A DNA stretch of 64,000 nt. It comes from Octopus sinensis. Its lineage: Eukaryota. Shown here one piece after another: positions 14,895-29,585 of this stretch. The notes under the pieces are model-generated. The model searched no databases, had not been told where the DNA came from, and was given only the letters and a program-made list of their open reading frames with translations. The stretch covers positions 120,838,001 through 120,902,000 of the forward strand of contig NC_042997.1 of assembly GCF_006345805.1 (NCBI RefSeq). The letters run 5' to 3'. The position numbers and the translations under genes are program-made. How positions within the stretch are numbered: the stretch's first letter is position 1; each line of letters opens with the position of its first letter.

Positions 14895-15419
14895 CTCAGG
14901 GAGTTCGGTTGATGCAATGGCCGGCGCAGTCACCCAACATAAAAGCCATCGAAAGGTTTGGGAAAGGTTGAGGAGAGGTGCGCTAAGTAGTAAACCAAAG
15001 TATAAAGATGAAGCCAAGTATAAAGATAACATTATTAGCCAAAATTGGGAAAAATCTCAGTAACAGTGATAAATGATCTGAACACTTCTGTGTTTCGTAG
15101 ATGCAAAGCTGTATAAGTAATTTTGAATACCCGTACAAAAACTGACTGTGTGGGCTTATTGTTTTTGTTTATTTTCTTTTTGTGATCTCAGAATAAACTT
15201 TTCAAAGCCAACAAAATGTAATTATACGAATGGCGCTGTAAATTACGATAATCACGATTTGTTTTTAATTCAATATTAATATGTTTATGTTACGCTGTAA
15301 AGTTGAATACCATATTAAAGCTCGTATTTTTTTTTTTTTGTTTCGTTTCGATATACATCTTAATTCAGAAATTGTATCAGTAGTACACTACCGTTCTTAA
15401 ATCAAAGGGCGCCACTGTA
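14895..15419 (+). mobile_element. 3' remnant of a Tc1-like transposon
   Basis: Translation LMQWPAQSPNIKAIE matches the Tc1 WPAQSPDLNPIE motif. It ends in CACTG (15413-15417) followed by TA, as expected for a TIR end plus TA target site. Confidence 0.65.
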
Positions 15420-15482
15420 CGTAGCTACCTCTCTTCATCTAACTAAATATATATTTACCTACCTATATAATTACCTATATGA

Positions 15483-15664
15483 CTCTCTTTTCCTCTTTTA
15501 CTCTTTTACCCGTTTCAGTCATTTGACTGCAGCCATGCTGGAGCACCGGCTTTAATCGAGCAAATCGATCACAGGACCCTAGTACTGCCGAGCCGCACAC
15601 TTGCGGGGAGGTAAACATACCAGCATCGGTTGTCAAGCGCTGTTGAGGGACAAACATAAACACA

Positions 15665-15726
<62 letters not shown>

Positions 15727-15895
15727 CATATATACGAAAGGCGTCTTTCATATTCCGTCTACTAAATCCACTCACAATCCTTTGGTCGGCCCGAGGCTAT
15801 AGTAAAAGACAATCGCCCAAGGTGCCACGCAGTAGGACTGAACCCGGCAACATGTTGTTGGCAAGCAAGCTACTTAGCACACAGACACTCCTGTG
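15483..15895 (-). mobile_element. SINE copy (same family as 2274-2648)
   Basis: Reverse complement shows the head GGAGTGTCTGTGTGCTAAGTAGCTTGC...GGGTTCAGTCCTACTGCGTGGCACCTTGGGC, a (TG)n linker and the CAGCATGGCTGCAGTCAAATGACTGAAAC tail. Confidence 0.85.
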
Positions 15896-16209
15896 TGTTG
15901 TTAATGTCCTGTTGTTTGTAATTGTGTACAATCTCTCCGTTTTTTCGTCCTCGCTTTCTCATATATTCGCTTGCTTTCTTCGAAAGAATTTAGTGCTCTT
16001 AACTTAGATTTTGTGGGGGCCGGCCAGATAGGAGCAGCCTCGAATGCACCCGGCCGAAACTGAAACGATGATCTGGAACCTGACTGACGATAGAAAGCTC
16101 CGAATGACCCGTCTTTATTTTTTCCTGTCCTATTTTGTATCGTCTATCTGTCCGGATGTTTTCTTGTTGCCTGTTGTCTACCCTTATTTTGAGGGGGCGG
16201 TATATTTTG

Positions 16210-16613
16210 CCTTTGTATAACATACAACAGCTGCACGAGATGGAATACACCCAGTTTGCTGGTAGAGGAACATCGCAAAGCTGTGACCCAAGGAGATATT
16301 ATTAAATCGGGTAGAGCTGATCATGTATGGAAAATGGAGACCACCTCCCCCAGTGGGATAATGTTAAAATAATAGAGAACACCACTGAATAATACGAAAA
16401 CGAACAGAAGCAGCATTTATGCTAGGACACAACCTCCTAAGCAGAGCGAGTGGAGATATGAATACCATATCGGCACCAGTATTATGGAAGAATAGGAAGA
16501 TATTAGATTTATATGCCCTAACATTTCCCTCCATAATGGCCCACGGGCACATGGCGTACTTGTCAAGAGCGCGGGCTACAAACCCCAAGATTCCGAGGCC
16601 GATTCCAGGCAGC

Positions 16614-16620
<7 letters not shown>
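16210..16620 (+). mobile_element. Degenerate PLE GIY-YIG/C-terminal fragment (Penelope/Poseidon-like)
   Basis: Broken-frame translation VEEHRKAVTQGDIIKSGRADHVWK..DHLPQWDNVKIIE...RKRTEAA resembles the PLE endonuclease tail. An (AAT)n tract follows. Confidence 0.55.
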
Positions 16621-16660
<40 letters not shown>

Positions 16661-17689
16661 CAACAACAGCCTCGAAAAAATACCTGAGGATCCAGGTTCG
16701 AAATTGTCCCAAAACTGGAGGGTCTATCAGCCGAAACGTTGTGTTAACAACAAAGAAAATGAGGACAAATATCCGTCAAATGTAAATAAAGTAAATAATA
16801 TAGTCAAAACCATTGCAATTCTACAAAAATAAAAAATAAATACCTGTGTGTGTTTTAAAAGAGAATGATTCTCACCAGACACAACAGTATATATATATAT
16901 ATATATACAATGATTATCATTTAGCTAAACCATATTATATCAAACTTTTCTCTGTATTATTTCTATGCTATAACTTCCTAACTACATAAAAATTCGACGT
17001 GCTTTACCTTCCATTGTCAGTCTACATAGATATCTTTTATAATTTGTCTGGTAAGTGGATTAAAGAAGTTCAGAACTTCCTGGCTGAAATTGTAATTCGG
17101 GCAATATATCTGGCATTTAATTCAGATATATTCGTGTATTGAACGGCTGATGATTCGTCTTCATGTGTATATCTTCAATGTCAGTGTATTTTTCATTTCG
17201 TCTCACTGTTTCATTTAATCGTAAGTTAGTAGAAAGGTTTTGTATATCCGATATGTACATATTACTAAAGATTTCGATTTCTTTCAAACTAAAAAAAAGA
17301 CGTCTCGACGGCGTTAATATATTGGTTCCACTCGATGTAAAATGGCAGCAATAAATAGTGGAAATATATCCCCGTCGCTGAGAAAACAAGACTGCGAAGT
17401 TTTGTAAAGTTTGACGGACATCGCATTTTATATTATTCCCAGTTGAATATAGAGAACTAAAAATAAACATTACAAAACGTCATCAGAAGGAATGATCAAG
17501 AAGAAAATTTCTTTCTCTTTCCCATTTGTATACACATACATATAAGCAAATATATGCAACCATAGGTAGACATGCATACACCAACTACAAGTAAATACAA
17601 AATTAGATTTCTTCTCACAAAAAATCTTATGCACAAGAAAGGAGTGTATGTGTATATGTGTTTCCAAAACACATCTGGCATCCTCCTAA

Positions 17690-19235
17690 AAGAAGACCAA
17701 AGGAGTCCACTGCAAATAATTTTCTTGTGCTTCCTAGCAAGGGATCAAAATTACAGAAAGTTGAAGGAGGGCTTAATATGTCTAAGATGCTAACAATTAT
17801 AGGCCTCTCTCTCTAACCTAAAATGTCAGCAATGTCGTGGGATTTATTGTTAAGTAATTGATCATATTCCTAGAAAATAATGACGTCCTCCCTGGCACAC
17901 AGCATGGCTTCTGTTCAGAAAAAGGCTGCCAAACACAGCTTCTACATCATTATAACTGGATGTTGAACCAACTACTGAATTGCTCAAATGTAGATGTTAT
18001 ACATCTCGATTTTGCAAAGAAGTTCCATAAGGTTGTTCATAGGATATATCATATGAAGGCTCGCCATTGCAGGAAAACTGCGTGAGTAGTTACATGACTT
18101 GTTGAATTAGAGGAGCCAGGCTTTAGTAGCCAAATGGCCCCTCTCCAAATAGACATTGGTAACTGGTGGAGTGCCTCAGTGTACATTCTCGAGGCCGCTG
18201 CTGTTTTTGGTGGCCCTCTCAGATATGCCATCATTTATACAATAGCCATTCCCACTGCCTATGCCGACGTTATAAAATTAGCACAAGCAGCCAAGAATCC
18301 ATTCGATCTACAGAAAGATACGTATGCCATATACAAGAGGGTTGGAGTTAATAATATGCAATGTAATACATCATATTTATAAGCCCTACAATATCAGCCA
18401 TTTTTTACTAACGAAAATATTTGGAACCAAAATGTGCAGCAATTTCAGAGATGAATACCGTGCGCGACAGAGGGATTCATGTGCAGTATGAGTAATTTTA
18501 TGTATATATCACCAATACGGTTTCGATGTACCAGCGAGTGGCAGCATGGATTCTGAGATATTTTAGAACAAGGGATCAGGTTACTATTTTGTTCATATGA
18601 AGAGCATTTTTCCTCAACTGACTTGTCTGCTGCTTTCTGTTATTGTCAGACTAGACTGTAGAATTAATAGCGGAAGTCGAAATCGTTCAGCGGTGCGACA
18701 CCAGGAAGATAACATCAGTGAAACACCTGAAATATCGAGAACGATTAAAAGAATTGCGACTCTTCCTCCTTCAGCGAAGATGTGAGAGATATGAAATAAT
18801 GTGCATTGGAGATCGAATAAAGGCTGGTATCAAACTTTGACATCGAGTGATACACCAGTATCTAAACTCGACGTCATAGCGTTCTTTCAAAAGCCTCACC
18901 CATCCCGCCTAGTATAAGGACAACGTATTCCAACAGCTTGGATATTTAAGGCACATAGCTCTTTAATATCTTCCCTAAAATCTAATATATTATCATACGT
19001 AGTAGGGAGCTAGATGTCTTCAAGACACAATTAAACCTTGCTGTCCAAGTTGCTACATTACGCCAAGAAATTCAAAAGAAGACAGCAATATCAAATTTCA
19101 TTCTCCACAAAAATGTAATCACAAAAGGATGACCCTCTTCCACCAAAAAGCAATCATAATAGAATGACCATTTAAAAGTTTATGACACTGGAGGTGCCCA
19201 AGCACAGCAGCAGCCTTTCGAATGAAACATATTAA
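17690..19235 (+). mobile_element. Heavily degenerate CR1-like LINE RT and 3' tail
   Basis: ORF 17858..18085 has QHGF...CQTQLL...VDVIHLDFAKKFHKVVH (RT motifs), followed by SGVPQ and YADV-K remnants. It ends in GGTGCCCAAGCACAGCAGCAGCC...TGAAAC, like the tail at 1147-1182. Confidence 0.75.
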
Positions 19236-21349
19236 AGAATATATATATATATGCATATACTTGCACACAATTACACCTGCACGTGCATACACGCGCGCAC
19301 ACACACACACATACGCATGTATTGAAGTAAAATTAAACCAACATATATATATTTACGAACATTAACACATACAAATATGCGTGTATGCATTTATACGTTT
19401 CTGTATGTACGTACGAATGTATGTATGTACTTAGGTACGAATGTACGCATGCATTTATGTATGTATATGCATGTACACCTGCATATTTCGGTCGAATATA
19501 TGAGCTTCACTATGGATTAGTGCATATTTTATTAACTTAATACACGGTACAGTATATTAAGCTCTACAAATGTAAATTTATAAAAATATAATCTTGTGCT
19601 TTGGTTTTGAGCATTTGTGGCATAATTGTCGTACAATGGGTATTAGGATACTCTTGGAATAACAGCGCATGTTACATTATACAGTGAAGCTATGTATTGC
19701 AGCACTGAATATGGATTTACTTGAAAATTCTAAAGAATCAATACCATGATTTGAAACACTTTATTTGTCCAAATGTAAACATGTATATATTTCCATCCAT
19801 AGCAGAATAGTAAACGTTTTTAGATACAGGAGGGAATGTTAGCAAAGGATTCCAGGTTGTATCTGGTACTATAATATATTGGTTTCAAATTTTGGAAAAG
19901 GACTAAATCGGTAACATCGCCTCCAATGTTCAATTGCCTCTTATTCTATCGATCCCGAAAGAAGGAAAGGCAAATATGACCTCTGCGTCATAATATACCG
20001 GCCCTAGAAAACAAAATGGATGAAGTAGTACGTATTCATGAAAAAGGCAGTTACTAAACACAGCAAGGAACATCAGATAAATGCAAAAAAGTACGAATAA
20101 TAGATGTATGCTTACAAATAAGTATTTTTCATAATGGTTTTGGTTTATGTCGATTTAGATACACATGAGGTGTTGCCACGGTAGCTTGATGAACAACACA
20201 ATGCGAAATATTACTTCTCTCGTGTAATGAAATTGTGCAAAATAATATTAATATGCAGAGTTAAAGTATATGATTAAATAGTACACATGCATCAATATAT
20301 AGGCTTACACATATACAGACGCACATTTAGACATATTTGTACACACACATACATACAAAACACAAACATGAATAATAATATCGACAGGTGGTATTTGTGA
20401 AATTTAACAATATGTGTTTAATGAAATAAAAATAAATTATTACTTTTCCATTGTATTTGAATACAAATCGAGAATTTTGTAATACCACAAAGGAAACAAA
20501 TTAAAAGGATGAAATAAAGGAACGATAATATTACAGAGAACTTTTTTTCAACTTTTTAGTTGCACGAAATCCTGTTTAAGTGATATGAAACGTTATCCAC
20601 CATGAGCTTTAATTCTTGTTAACAAACCATTGCGTATATAAGAGTAGAAAGGCTGCGAAAATCTCTATACAATATAAGTATTTTTTTTTTTTGCGTTTTG
20701 TCCTCTTTATTTCACCAGGCAACATTCATTATATGGCGACCTCGCAGAATTGTTAAAGTACAAATCTATGTACTTTAGGTTTCTATTTATTAATATTATT
20801 TTTATTCGGTGTCAAACGTAAAGATACATACCTTAAAATTATCGTGTATTTCGAACATACAGCTTCTAGATTAGGTTGCCTAAAAAGTAACAAAAATATC
20901 GTATGATAGTAGAAAAGAATTGCAGCTCATGGCAAATATAATTGTACATACAGTAGCAGGGCAAACAAATAGAATGTTCAAACATTCAATTGAAAGGAGA
21001 TTTTTTTCTTGGCTTGATAGTTCGATAGGATTTACGGATCAAAAGAAAACGAGGAATTTTCATTTGTAAAATAAACTCAATTAATGTCAAATCTATGTAC
21101 ATACATACATATTATATATATATGTATATATATATATGTATTTATTTATTTATTTATAGATATATAGATATAGATATATGTATATATATGAGTTGTTGTT
21201 GTAGAAGAGTTTTGTAAGAATTGTTGTAGAGTAAACTATTGGAATATACTTATCTGTGCTTGCAGTGAAAACGTTTTCTTTGACAAAAAAGAAAGCTCTT
21301 CAGGAAAAGAAGTAAAGAAAGGAAAATGCAAAATATTTGTAGAGAGTAA

Positions 21350-21406
<57 letters not shown>

Positions 21407-21759
21407 AAATGTATGCGCGTTCGTACGTATGTAAATATACATATACACATATATGATTCGTAGCTTGAAATTTATTTTCAAAATACTATAGAATTTTGAC
21501 GTTATAGAATACAAGATGCGGGTGCTAGTTTATTGCAAACGCACATTTATTAGTTGATGTATACTTTCCTTGAATTCATAGCCATAACTTGATTGTGATT
21601 CACATAAAGAAGCAGGTTTTTACCTGCACATACTCTGTATACACATTTATACAGACATAACCAATATATACTGACTTACACAGGAATAACGTTAAGAACA
21701 AAGCAAAGTACACACAAACTAATTTACACGCACATACACTCATTCATATACATACAGGT

Positions 21760-21990
21760 GGATGCGCAATGGCCCGGTATTTAGGGCAGCTGACTCGTGG
21801 TCGTAGGGTCGCGGCTTCGATTCCTAGACCGGGCGTTGTGAGTGTTTATTGAGCGAAAACACTTAAAACTCCACGTGGGCTCGGGAATGGGGGGGGCGAA
21901 CCTTGCTGTATTCTTTCACCACGTCTTCCTCTCACTCTTTATTCTTATTTCTGTTGTGCCTGTATTTTAAAGGGCCAGCTTTATCACAAG
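21760..21990 (+). mobile_element. tRNA-derived SINE
   Basis: GCGCAATGGCCCGGTATTTAG (A-box-like) and GGCTTCGATTCCTAGACCGGGCG (B-box-like), then GTTGTGAGTGTTTATTGAGCGAAAACAC. Confidence 0.65.
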
Positions 21991-22039
21991 CTGTGTCATA
22001 AATCTTGGAAGGCTGCTCCGTGAGCAACCTTAAATAGAT

Positions 22040-22880
22040 CCTCAAAGAAGTCGTACGACGACTCTACTGCAATACATCATCAGATGAATGGATGAGCGTA
22101 TATGAGCAGAAAATTATACATAGATATGTTAGTTGAAAGCTCCGATTTGGTAGAAATATCGGGGACCAACAACCGGATTACTACCTCCCTCTTTGAATTG
22201 CATGCGTTTGCAGTTCAGGAACAGAAAATAACAAAAAAACCTGCTGTACAAAAGGGACACAGTTGCTGGAAAAGCAGTAAAATGTGACAACCGATGCAGA
22301 CTTTGTGGAATTAACTCCGAAGATATCACGCACCACCTCAGCTGTTGTCCGAAAATGTCATCGAGGTATTATCCATTGATGAGACATGATGTTGTAGCTA
22401 GATCACTCTATAATGAAATCTGTTGGAAGGATAATCACGAGAACAAAGAAATAAGAATCCACAGTATGGTAGAAGCCTTAGCCATTCATAATAAAAAGGA
22501 GTTCCATTGGAATGTTCGAATGAAAACCTCAAGACAATGTAAGCAAAACAGACCTGATGTAATGATTTGGGGAAGAAAAGAAAAATTCTGTACAGTTGTG
22601 GAAATTAGCTGCCCAGCGGATGTTAACTGTGAAAACGAGAATACATATGCAGAACTATTGAGAAATCTGCAGTTACTCTATCCAGATTACGAGTTCAGAT
22701 GTATACCTGTTATTATTGTGGTCGTGACATATGTAACGCCTAAATAGTACTCTTTAGAAATTAGGCTTCTCAAAAAGCAAAAAGGAGAAAGCTTATGCAA
22801 AGACTACATATAGATATAGAAAAACATACATAGATATAGAATAACTGGAAAGTGTCTTACAAATTCCATTTTGCTCGGAT
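22040..22880 (+). mobile_element. Degenerate 3' fragment of an RLE-type non-LTR retrotransposon (R4/NeSL-like)
   Basis: CRLCGINSEDITHHLSCCP (CCHC), then ORF 22355..22747 with RHD, QNRPDVMIW and VVEISCPADVN (PD-(D/E)xK endonuclease). Confidence 0.8.
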
Positions 22881-23776
22881 ATCATCAGTTTCTGGCAAAG
22901 TTTGTTTCTTTCTGCTTATATAAATCTTGTACCTTCATTTAACTGGACATATAGATAATGATATTTAGTGATATGCCTATATATAGAGAGAAGGGTGGGT
23001 GAGAAATATATTAAAGACTTTTAAATGGAAATGATAGGTATTAAGATGTTCTCTATCTCCAAACACATAAAAGGAAATATGGTCAAACATAAAAAGAGAG
23101 ACGGAGAAAGAGAGATAAAAGTAGCGAGAAAACAAAAGGAACCTTAAACAATGGGTGACATTGAAAACTATGAAAGTTAAGTCAGAGATCTTAGAATCTG
23201 TGACGTCAATGAGGAGGCGTTAAGACGGACGTGTTAAGATGGAATACATATGTAACACACTAGAACAAAGAACCTAAAATATCACAGCCGGATACATATA
23301 AGATGTGGTATCACCCACAGAAATTGTTAATCCTCTCAAGTGATAGGCTTACTTCTCATTCAAATACTAATTGCTTTGAATAAATTCAGGAATAATTTAC
23401 GAACATGTAAAATTATAGATCATACACTCATAGATTCAAGAATATATTTACAAATGATAGTACAATAAGGTAACAAAACAAAGACTTCATAATAAATTCA
23501 CAAAGACTGTATTGGTTTAGACAAATGTGTAATGTTAATAGACAAGGGAACAGATTATCTCTCTCTAAGAAAATTAAATTAAATACCGACAGCGAAGTAT
23601 TTACCGATAGAAGCCCATTCAAATACTTTGAATTTGATGAAAGGCATAAAATGCAGCACAGAAACAAAGAAAATTATACCATTCTAACTGAATTAGCTGC
23701 TGGAGACGGGATAATATATAAGTATAAACACACAGTCATACATAGGAACACACATACATAAAGCGTAGCTTTCTAT

Positions 23777-23841
<65 letters not shown>

Positions 23842-23854
23842 TACTACATAGAAG

Positions 23855-23905
23855 AGCTTCTACAGGACTAGAACTGTTTCATTCAAGAGAAATCTTCAGG
23901 AAGCT
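23855..23905 (-). ncRNA. Type I hammerhead ribozyme motif (PLE terminal repeat)
   Basis: Minus: AGCUUC-CUGAAGA-UUUC UCUU GAAU-GAA-ACAG UUCUAGUC CUGU-A^GAAGCU. Stem I 6 bp, stem III 4 bp, GUA cleavage triplet. Stem II is weak (U.U closing pair plus 3 bp). Confidence 0.8.
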
Positions 23906-24281
23906 AGTTAACAAGAATTGTATTGGCATTTATACATTTAGGCAGGTTTAAAGGGGTGGTGGTGGGGAACTTATTTGGGGGTAGGCATAGCGCAAAATAT
24001 CATACATGGGGGAGTGGTCAAGGAGTCAGTGGTAAATTAGATAAAAGAATAAATAAAAGAATAAAAAAATTTTTTTTAAATAAAAAATATATATATATAA
24101 AAAAAAATAGAGTTTTAGGTAAATAAGGGGATTCTCACTTATACCTATACACATATGTATACATATATACACACACACACATATATACATACACACATAC
24201 ATACACACACACACATATACATATATATACACATTCACATACATACACATATCTACACATACACATACATATATATATATA

Positions 24282-24315
<34 letters not shown>

Positions 24316-24931
24316 TACAGACACACACATGCATACACATATACACACATGTATATATACACACACGACCACACATACATATATACACAGAAAAATATAT
24401 ATACATACACACACATACACATACACGCATACACACACGTATCCACATACACACATGCACACACAACACACAAGTCCCTATATACACATATATACACATA
24501 CACACATATATATACATATATATACATATATATATATATACATATGTGTACCTGTACATACCTACACATACACACACATATATATACATACAAAAACAGA
24601 CCCATTCCCTAATTTTAATTTTATTATCTTCATTTATTACTTTTGTTATCTTTGACCGCTGGTCACAAGCGTCTTGGCTATGACAGCTAGTCCATTAATC
24701 TTTCTACTTGAAAACAAGCACTCATTCACGCACGCACACTCACTCATTCGTACACTCATACACATACACGCACGCACGCATTATATTCATACATACATAC
24801 ATCTACATACATTCACGTATATACACATACGTACGCGTACCTACAGATTCATGTCTACACTCTTAGAAGGCGAGTCTATACATATACACCAATAAATATA
24901 TATATACACATACATATGCACCTACATACAA

Positions 24932-24986
<55 letters not shown>

Positions 24987-25205
24987 AATACATATATATA
25001 TACACATACACATACATACATACATATACACACATACACATACATACGTATACATACATACATACTTCCATACATCCATACATACATACATATATACACA
25101 TACACACACCCACACGTATACATATACATACATATATATACAGGCATGCATACACATACAAATACATACACATACACATATACATATACATACATATATA
25201 TATAC

Positions 25206-25238
<33 letters not shown>

Positions 25239-25818
25239 CATACACACACATACATATACATACATACATATACAAATATACGCACACACATACATACACA
25301 TATACACATACAAGCACATACACATGTACATGCGTACCCATACACACACACACACACGCGCGCGCATCCATATATACACATAAGTACACACATGCGTAAA
25401 AGTATACATATATCTATGCTTACACATACACACACACACACGCGCCTCCTTATCTTCATACTTACATGCATACTCGAAAAATAAATAATAAAATATATAT
25501 ATACGCGCAGTTATTCATACATGCATACTCAAAAAATAAATAATAAATATTAAGTATATGTACGTGCAGTTACCTATTATACAGACGGATACATACATAT
25601 AATATAAACACACACATATATATAAACACATATACACACATATATATATATATATATATACATATATATAATATATATATACATATATATATATATATAC
25701 ATACCTACACTTATGTACATATACATACACACATAGATAACTCTACGTGCCTACATATACATATACACACACACATATATACACACATACACATACATAT
25801 ATATATATATATACATAC

Positions 25819-25878
<60 letters not shown>

Positions 25879-26311
25879 CATATACTTGTGTGCAAACATA
25901 CATACATACTCATACACGCCCAGACACTTACATATACATATATACACAGACTTACACACATATATACATACATATATACATACATACATACATACATATA
26001 TGTATACATACACATATTCACACATACACATATATACATATATACACACACATATACATTTACACATACATACATATATATACATACGTATATATATATA
26101 CACACATACATATACACACATATACATATACATACACATATATACCCACAGGTACACATATACACATATATACATATATACATATATACATACATATATA
26201 TACACACATACACACACACACACATATATATACATACATACACATACACATACATATACATATATATACACACATATACCCATGCACATACTTATAACTC
26301 TACATACCCAC

Positions 26312-26360
<49 letters not shown>

Positions 26361-26497
26361 TACATATACATATATACATGTATATATACACACACATATA
26401 TGTATACCCATCTACAATTTGTATCTACACTCACATACATGCACATACACATAACTCTACATACCTACATATACATCGACATACTCGCGTACACTCA

Positions 26498-26528
<31 letters not shown>

Positions 26529-26619
26529 TACATATACATATATATATATTAATATATATATCCATAAATACACATATACACACACATACATATATATATA
26601 TATACACCACACCACACAT

Positions 26620-26651
<32 letters not shown>

Positions 26652-26658
26652 ATACATA

Positions 26659-26698
<40 letters not shown>

Positions 26699-27008
26699 CA
26701 TATATATACACACATACATATATCAACAATTGAGGGTAAAGTTAATTAGTTATTAATCAATTTCACCAAGTATTCAGTATGTAAAAGGACCATTATTTTT
26801 TTGAGTAAACAATGTCTGAGAGAAAATATTCTCTAAGTAGTGGAAGAGGCTAAAAAACTTTTTTGGCTGCTATTTCTAGAAAGTTCAGTATGTGGCAAAG
26901 TAATTTATTTTACTAAGCCCTAATTATATAATATTTTATACATACATACCCATACATACACACATACATATACACATATATATGCATACACACATATATA
27001 CATATATA

Positions 27009-27039
<31 letters not shown>

Positions 27040-27252
27040 GCACATACATATATATATATATATTTTTTTACATACATACACACACACACATAATACATGC
27101 GTATATTCCTACTGTACCCATACATTTCTATACATATATACGATACACATATACAAGCGTGCACATACAATATGTGAAAGGTCTTAGGAGAAAAGGTAAT
27201 CGGGGGTGCTAGGGGAACGGTGGGATTGGGGGGTTTTGTGGGTGGGGTGTCA

Positions 27253-29384
27253 TCAATCTGGTTGCCGGGTAGGTCTATAGTTCTTGTAGTTTGCATACTT
27301 CTTATGCATGCAATTTGGGGAGTGTTCTGAGATTTTGTTAAGGAGAGGGCCTTTGGCGAACAAGATCTCTAGGCTCTCCGAAAAAGTCAAGCAGGTATGG
27401 CTCCTGTGTACGAACGCGCCTTCTGCAGTAGTTTCCACTTGGTCTTGAAGAGGATGGAGTTCCTTTTAAGGTACCAGATGTGGGCGGCGAGGGTAGTTTG
27501 GTTGGATTTATCCTGTCGCCGGAACGAGTGTGTGTGTGCGTACCAACGGGTCTTAAAGCTGTTTGACGTCATTCCGATGTAGGATTTTCTTTTATCGTCA
27601 GGGCCTGATCTTACCTCGCATGTATATACTAGGTCCCTCTGTAGGCAGTTGTTGTTGAGGGTGCAGGTGTTTTTATCAGGGCAGTTGCAATTGCTATCGG
27701 ACGTTGGATGGGCCTCGGAAAAAGTAGATATGTTAAGTTTTTTCACATTGTTGTTGGCTAGGTTCCTGGCTAGATTGGGCGTGGTAGAGTAGGAGAGTCT
27801 AATAGTGTTCTTATTTAGGATAGTATAGTACTTATGTTGGGTGGGGAAGTGTTTCTGTAGGAGAGTGAAGAAGATTTTAGCTACAGGTGTAGCGACCTCA
27901 CGGTTGAAGGGGGGGTTGTACCAGCTAATGTGTCTTCGTCTATTTTTCCTGGGTTGGCGTGGGGCTATACTAGTATAGGTAATCTTATCTTTAAAGCCAC
28001 TGCGGGCCAGGGCCTCGGTGTAATAGGGGGCTGCGGCCTTAAAGATATCTTCCGTGGCGGACAGGCTAGAAATTCTAATTGAGACACTTTTTACTTGGTT
28101 ATCTAATATAATTTTGGGGTGGTTGGAATTAATATCTATATATCTAATGGATTCATTAGGTTTGTGGTACGGGTAATAAAGTGAGGTTTTTAAGTCGAGG
28201 GTGACGTCAAGGAAGTTAGCTTTGGTTAAGTTGGATTCTAAGGTAATCCTAAGGCCTAAGTTTTTAAAGAAGGTGTAAAGATTTTTCCGGAACCCATCCG
28301 TGGTCCTGGGGTTTATTTTGTGGAGGGCGAAAAGGCTATCATCGCGGTAAAGACCACCGGAGAGGCCTGTGAATAGGGTTTTCAGCCTATGGAGGATGAA
28401 AAGGCCCACTAGGTCACTTATTTCAGCCGAATCGCTAGCACCCAAGCTGACGTCGAAGGGGTCACAGATTTTTTGTTGATCCAGTGGGATCCGTCATAGA
28501 AAAGAGAAGTCTTACGTGCGTGGAGGATCACATCTTGCTCGGCCTCGGTGATGGTGGAGGACCTCCTGGCGAAGTTAATCGCGTCGATCAGCAAGCTCTC
28601 CGATATGGAGGCGTAGTAATCCTCGATATCCAGTTGTAGGAATCGGGTGTTGCTTTTGTCAGGTAAATCCGGAACCAGGTTATTGCCTCGGAGGTCCTAT
28701 TCCAGAGTGGAAGGGGTGAAGCTTCACGCATTTTTGGTAAAATCCTGTCCAGGATCTTCTTGCTGACGGATCCGATGTCAGACTTGGTTGGGTTAATCAA
28801 ACGGACCGACGGTTTATTTTCGAAATGGTCTTTGTGGTCTTTCAGGGTGAAGTGTGGGGACTTCACCCTCAGGGGTTCAGTTCGGTCATCGATTTTAAGG
28901 GAGGTGGCAATCTCTTTCCCGGCTCAGTTGGTTTCAGTTAGCGCTGAACGTCTACTTTCTTGTACTTAGCTGTGATGGCGTTATCAGCTAGTCTGTTGTA
29001 GGTATCCGGAGTCCCCGCGTAAATATTTTTTGTCTTGTCCGAAGGGACATGGAGGTTCTGGGAGCTTTTCATTTTCGAAAGTTTCTCATTCAGCTCCGTT
29101 TGGAAAGGTAGGTTGACTCTCCTGAATTTGATGTTTTTTATCATGAGGAAGAGGTCTTCTTCAAACGGTTCAAGTAGGCTGTTGGTAGGAGGGGCCTTAT
29201 TTGATTTGAAGCCATACTTATCATTATTGGTAGATGCTACATCAGGATGGTCGAAGAAGAACGATCTCCATCGAATTATTTTGATGAACTCATCAGTCCG
29301 TCTAATGAGGGCTTTTTGGTACTGTTTCCTTGGTGGGATAGTAATGTTCTTCAGGGAAGTGTCGAGGTCAATTCTTGTCAGCAT
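27253..29384 (-). pseudogene. PLE polyprotein (RT + Cys linker + C-terminal GIY-YIG), about 710 codons, interrupted
   Basis: ORF pieces 28938..29384, 28588..28866, 27387..28445 and 27253..27438 are collinear: LKNITIPP...IRWRSFFF, TLKDHK..F...P.VRLINP, GASDSAEISDLVGL, GLYRDD, NFLDVTLDL, YIDINSNHP, CNCPDKNTCTLNNNCL, LVYTCEV...SYIGMT...KTRWYAH. About four small indels and one in-frame TGA. Confidence 0.9.
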
Positions 29385-29585
29385 TTTTTCTTGGTGATGG
29401 TTATAAGGGCACTAGGGTGTGCTAGGATATGTAGGTCCCGGGTTGATTCGGGGTTAACCACAGTAAATAAGGTACTCAATACATAGCAGAGTAAAATTAA
29501 TTTATTATATAGAAGGAGCTTCTACAGGACTAGAACTGTTTCATTCAAGAGAAACGAGGATTACTACGCCTCCATATCGGAGAGC

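Larger units (their letters stand above)
23841..29554 (-). mobile_element. Penelope-like element, near-full-length unit (left arm of inverted duplication)
   Basis: Read on minus: partial HHR plus leader (29554-29385), RT-GIY-YIG ORF (29384-27253), ~3.3 kb 3' region rich in TA/CA repeats, then a complete HHR (23905-23855) that repeats the 5' terminal sequence. Bounded on the left by (TA)n. Confidence 0.9.

Noticed and set aside
16683-16750. CTGAGGA...CAGCC GAAAC GTTGTG downstream of the PLE fragment
   Set aside because: It sits where a PLE HHR is expected, but stems I and II cannot be formed with this core. Probably a deleted remnant.
17380-17490. Minus-strand CTGATGA followed by a GTTTTGTAA/TTACAAAAC stem
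   Set aside because: No GAAA after the stem, so the catalytic core is incomplete.
24026-26729. Long ORFs (up to 235 aa) rich in Y/I/C/V/H/T, here and at 31432-34176, 7954-8286, 14239-14847 and 51218-52467
   Set aside because: Translations of TA/CA/TG microsatellites that lack stops by composition; no protein signal.
28915-28935. In-frame TGA in the PLE ORF as a possible selenocysteine codon
   Set aside because: More simply a CGA-to-TGA decay mutation in a copy that also has frameshifts. No SECIS was recognised, and only one copy covers this position.
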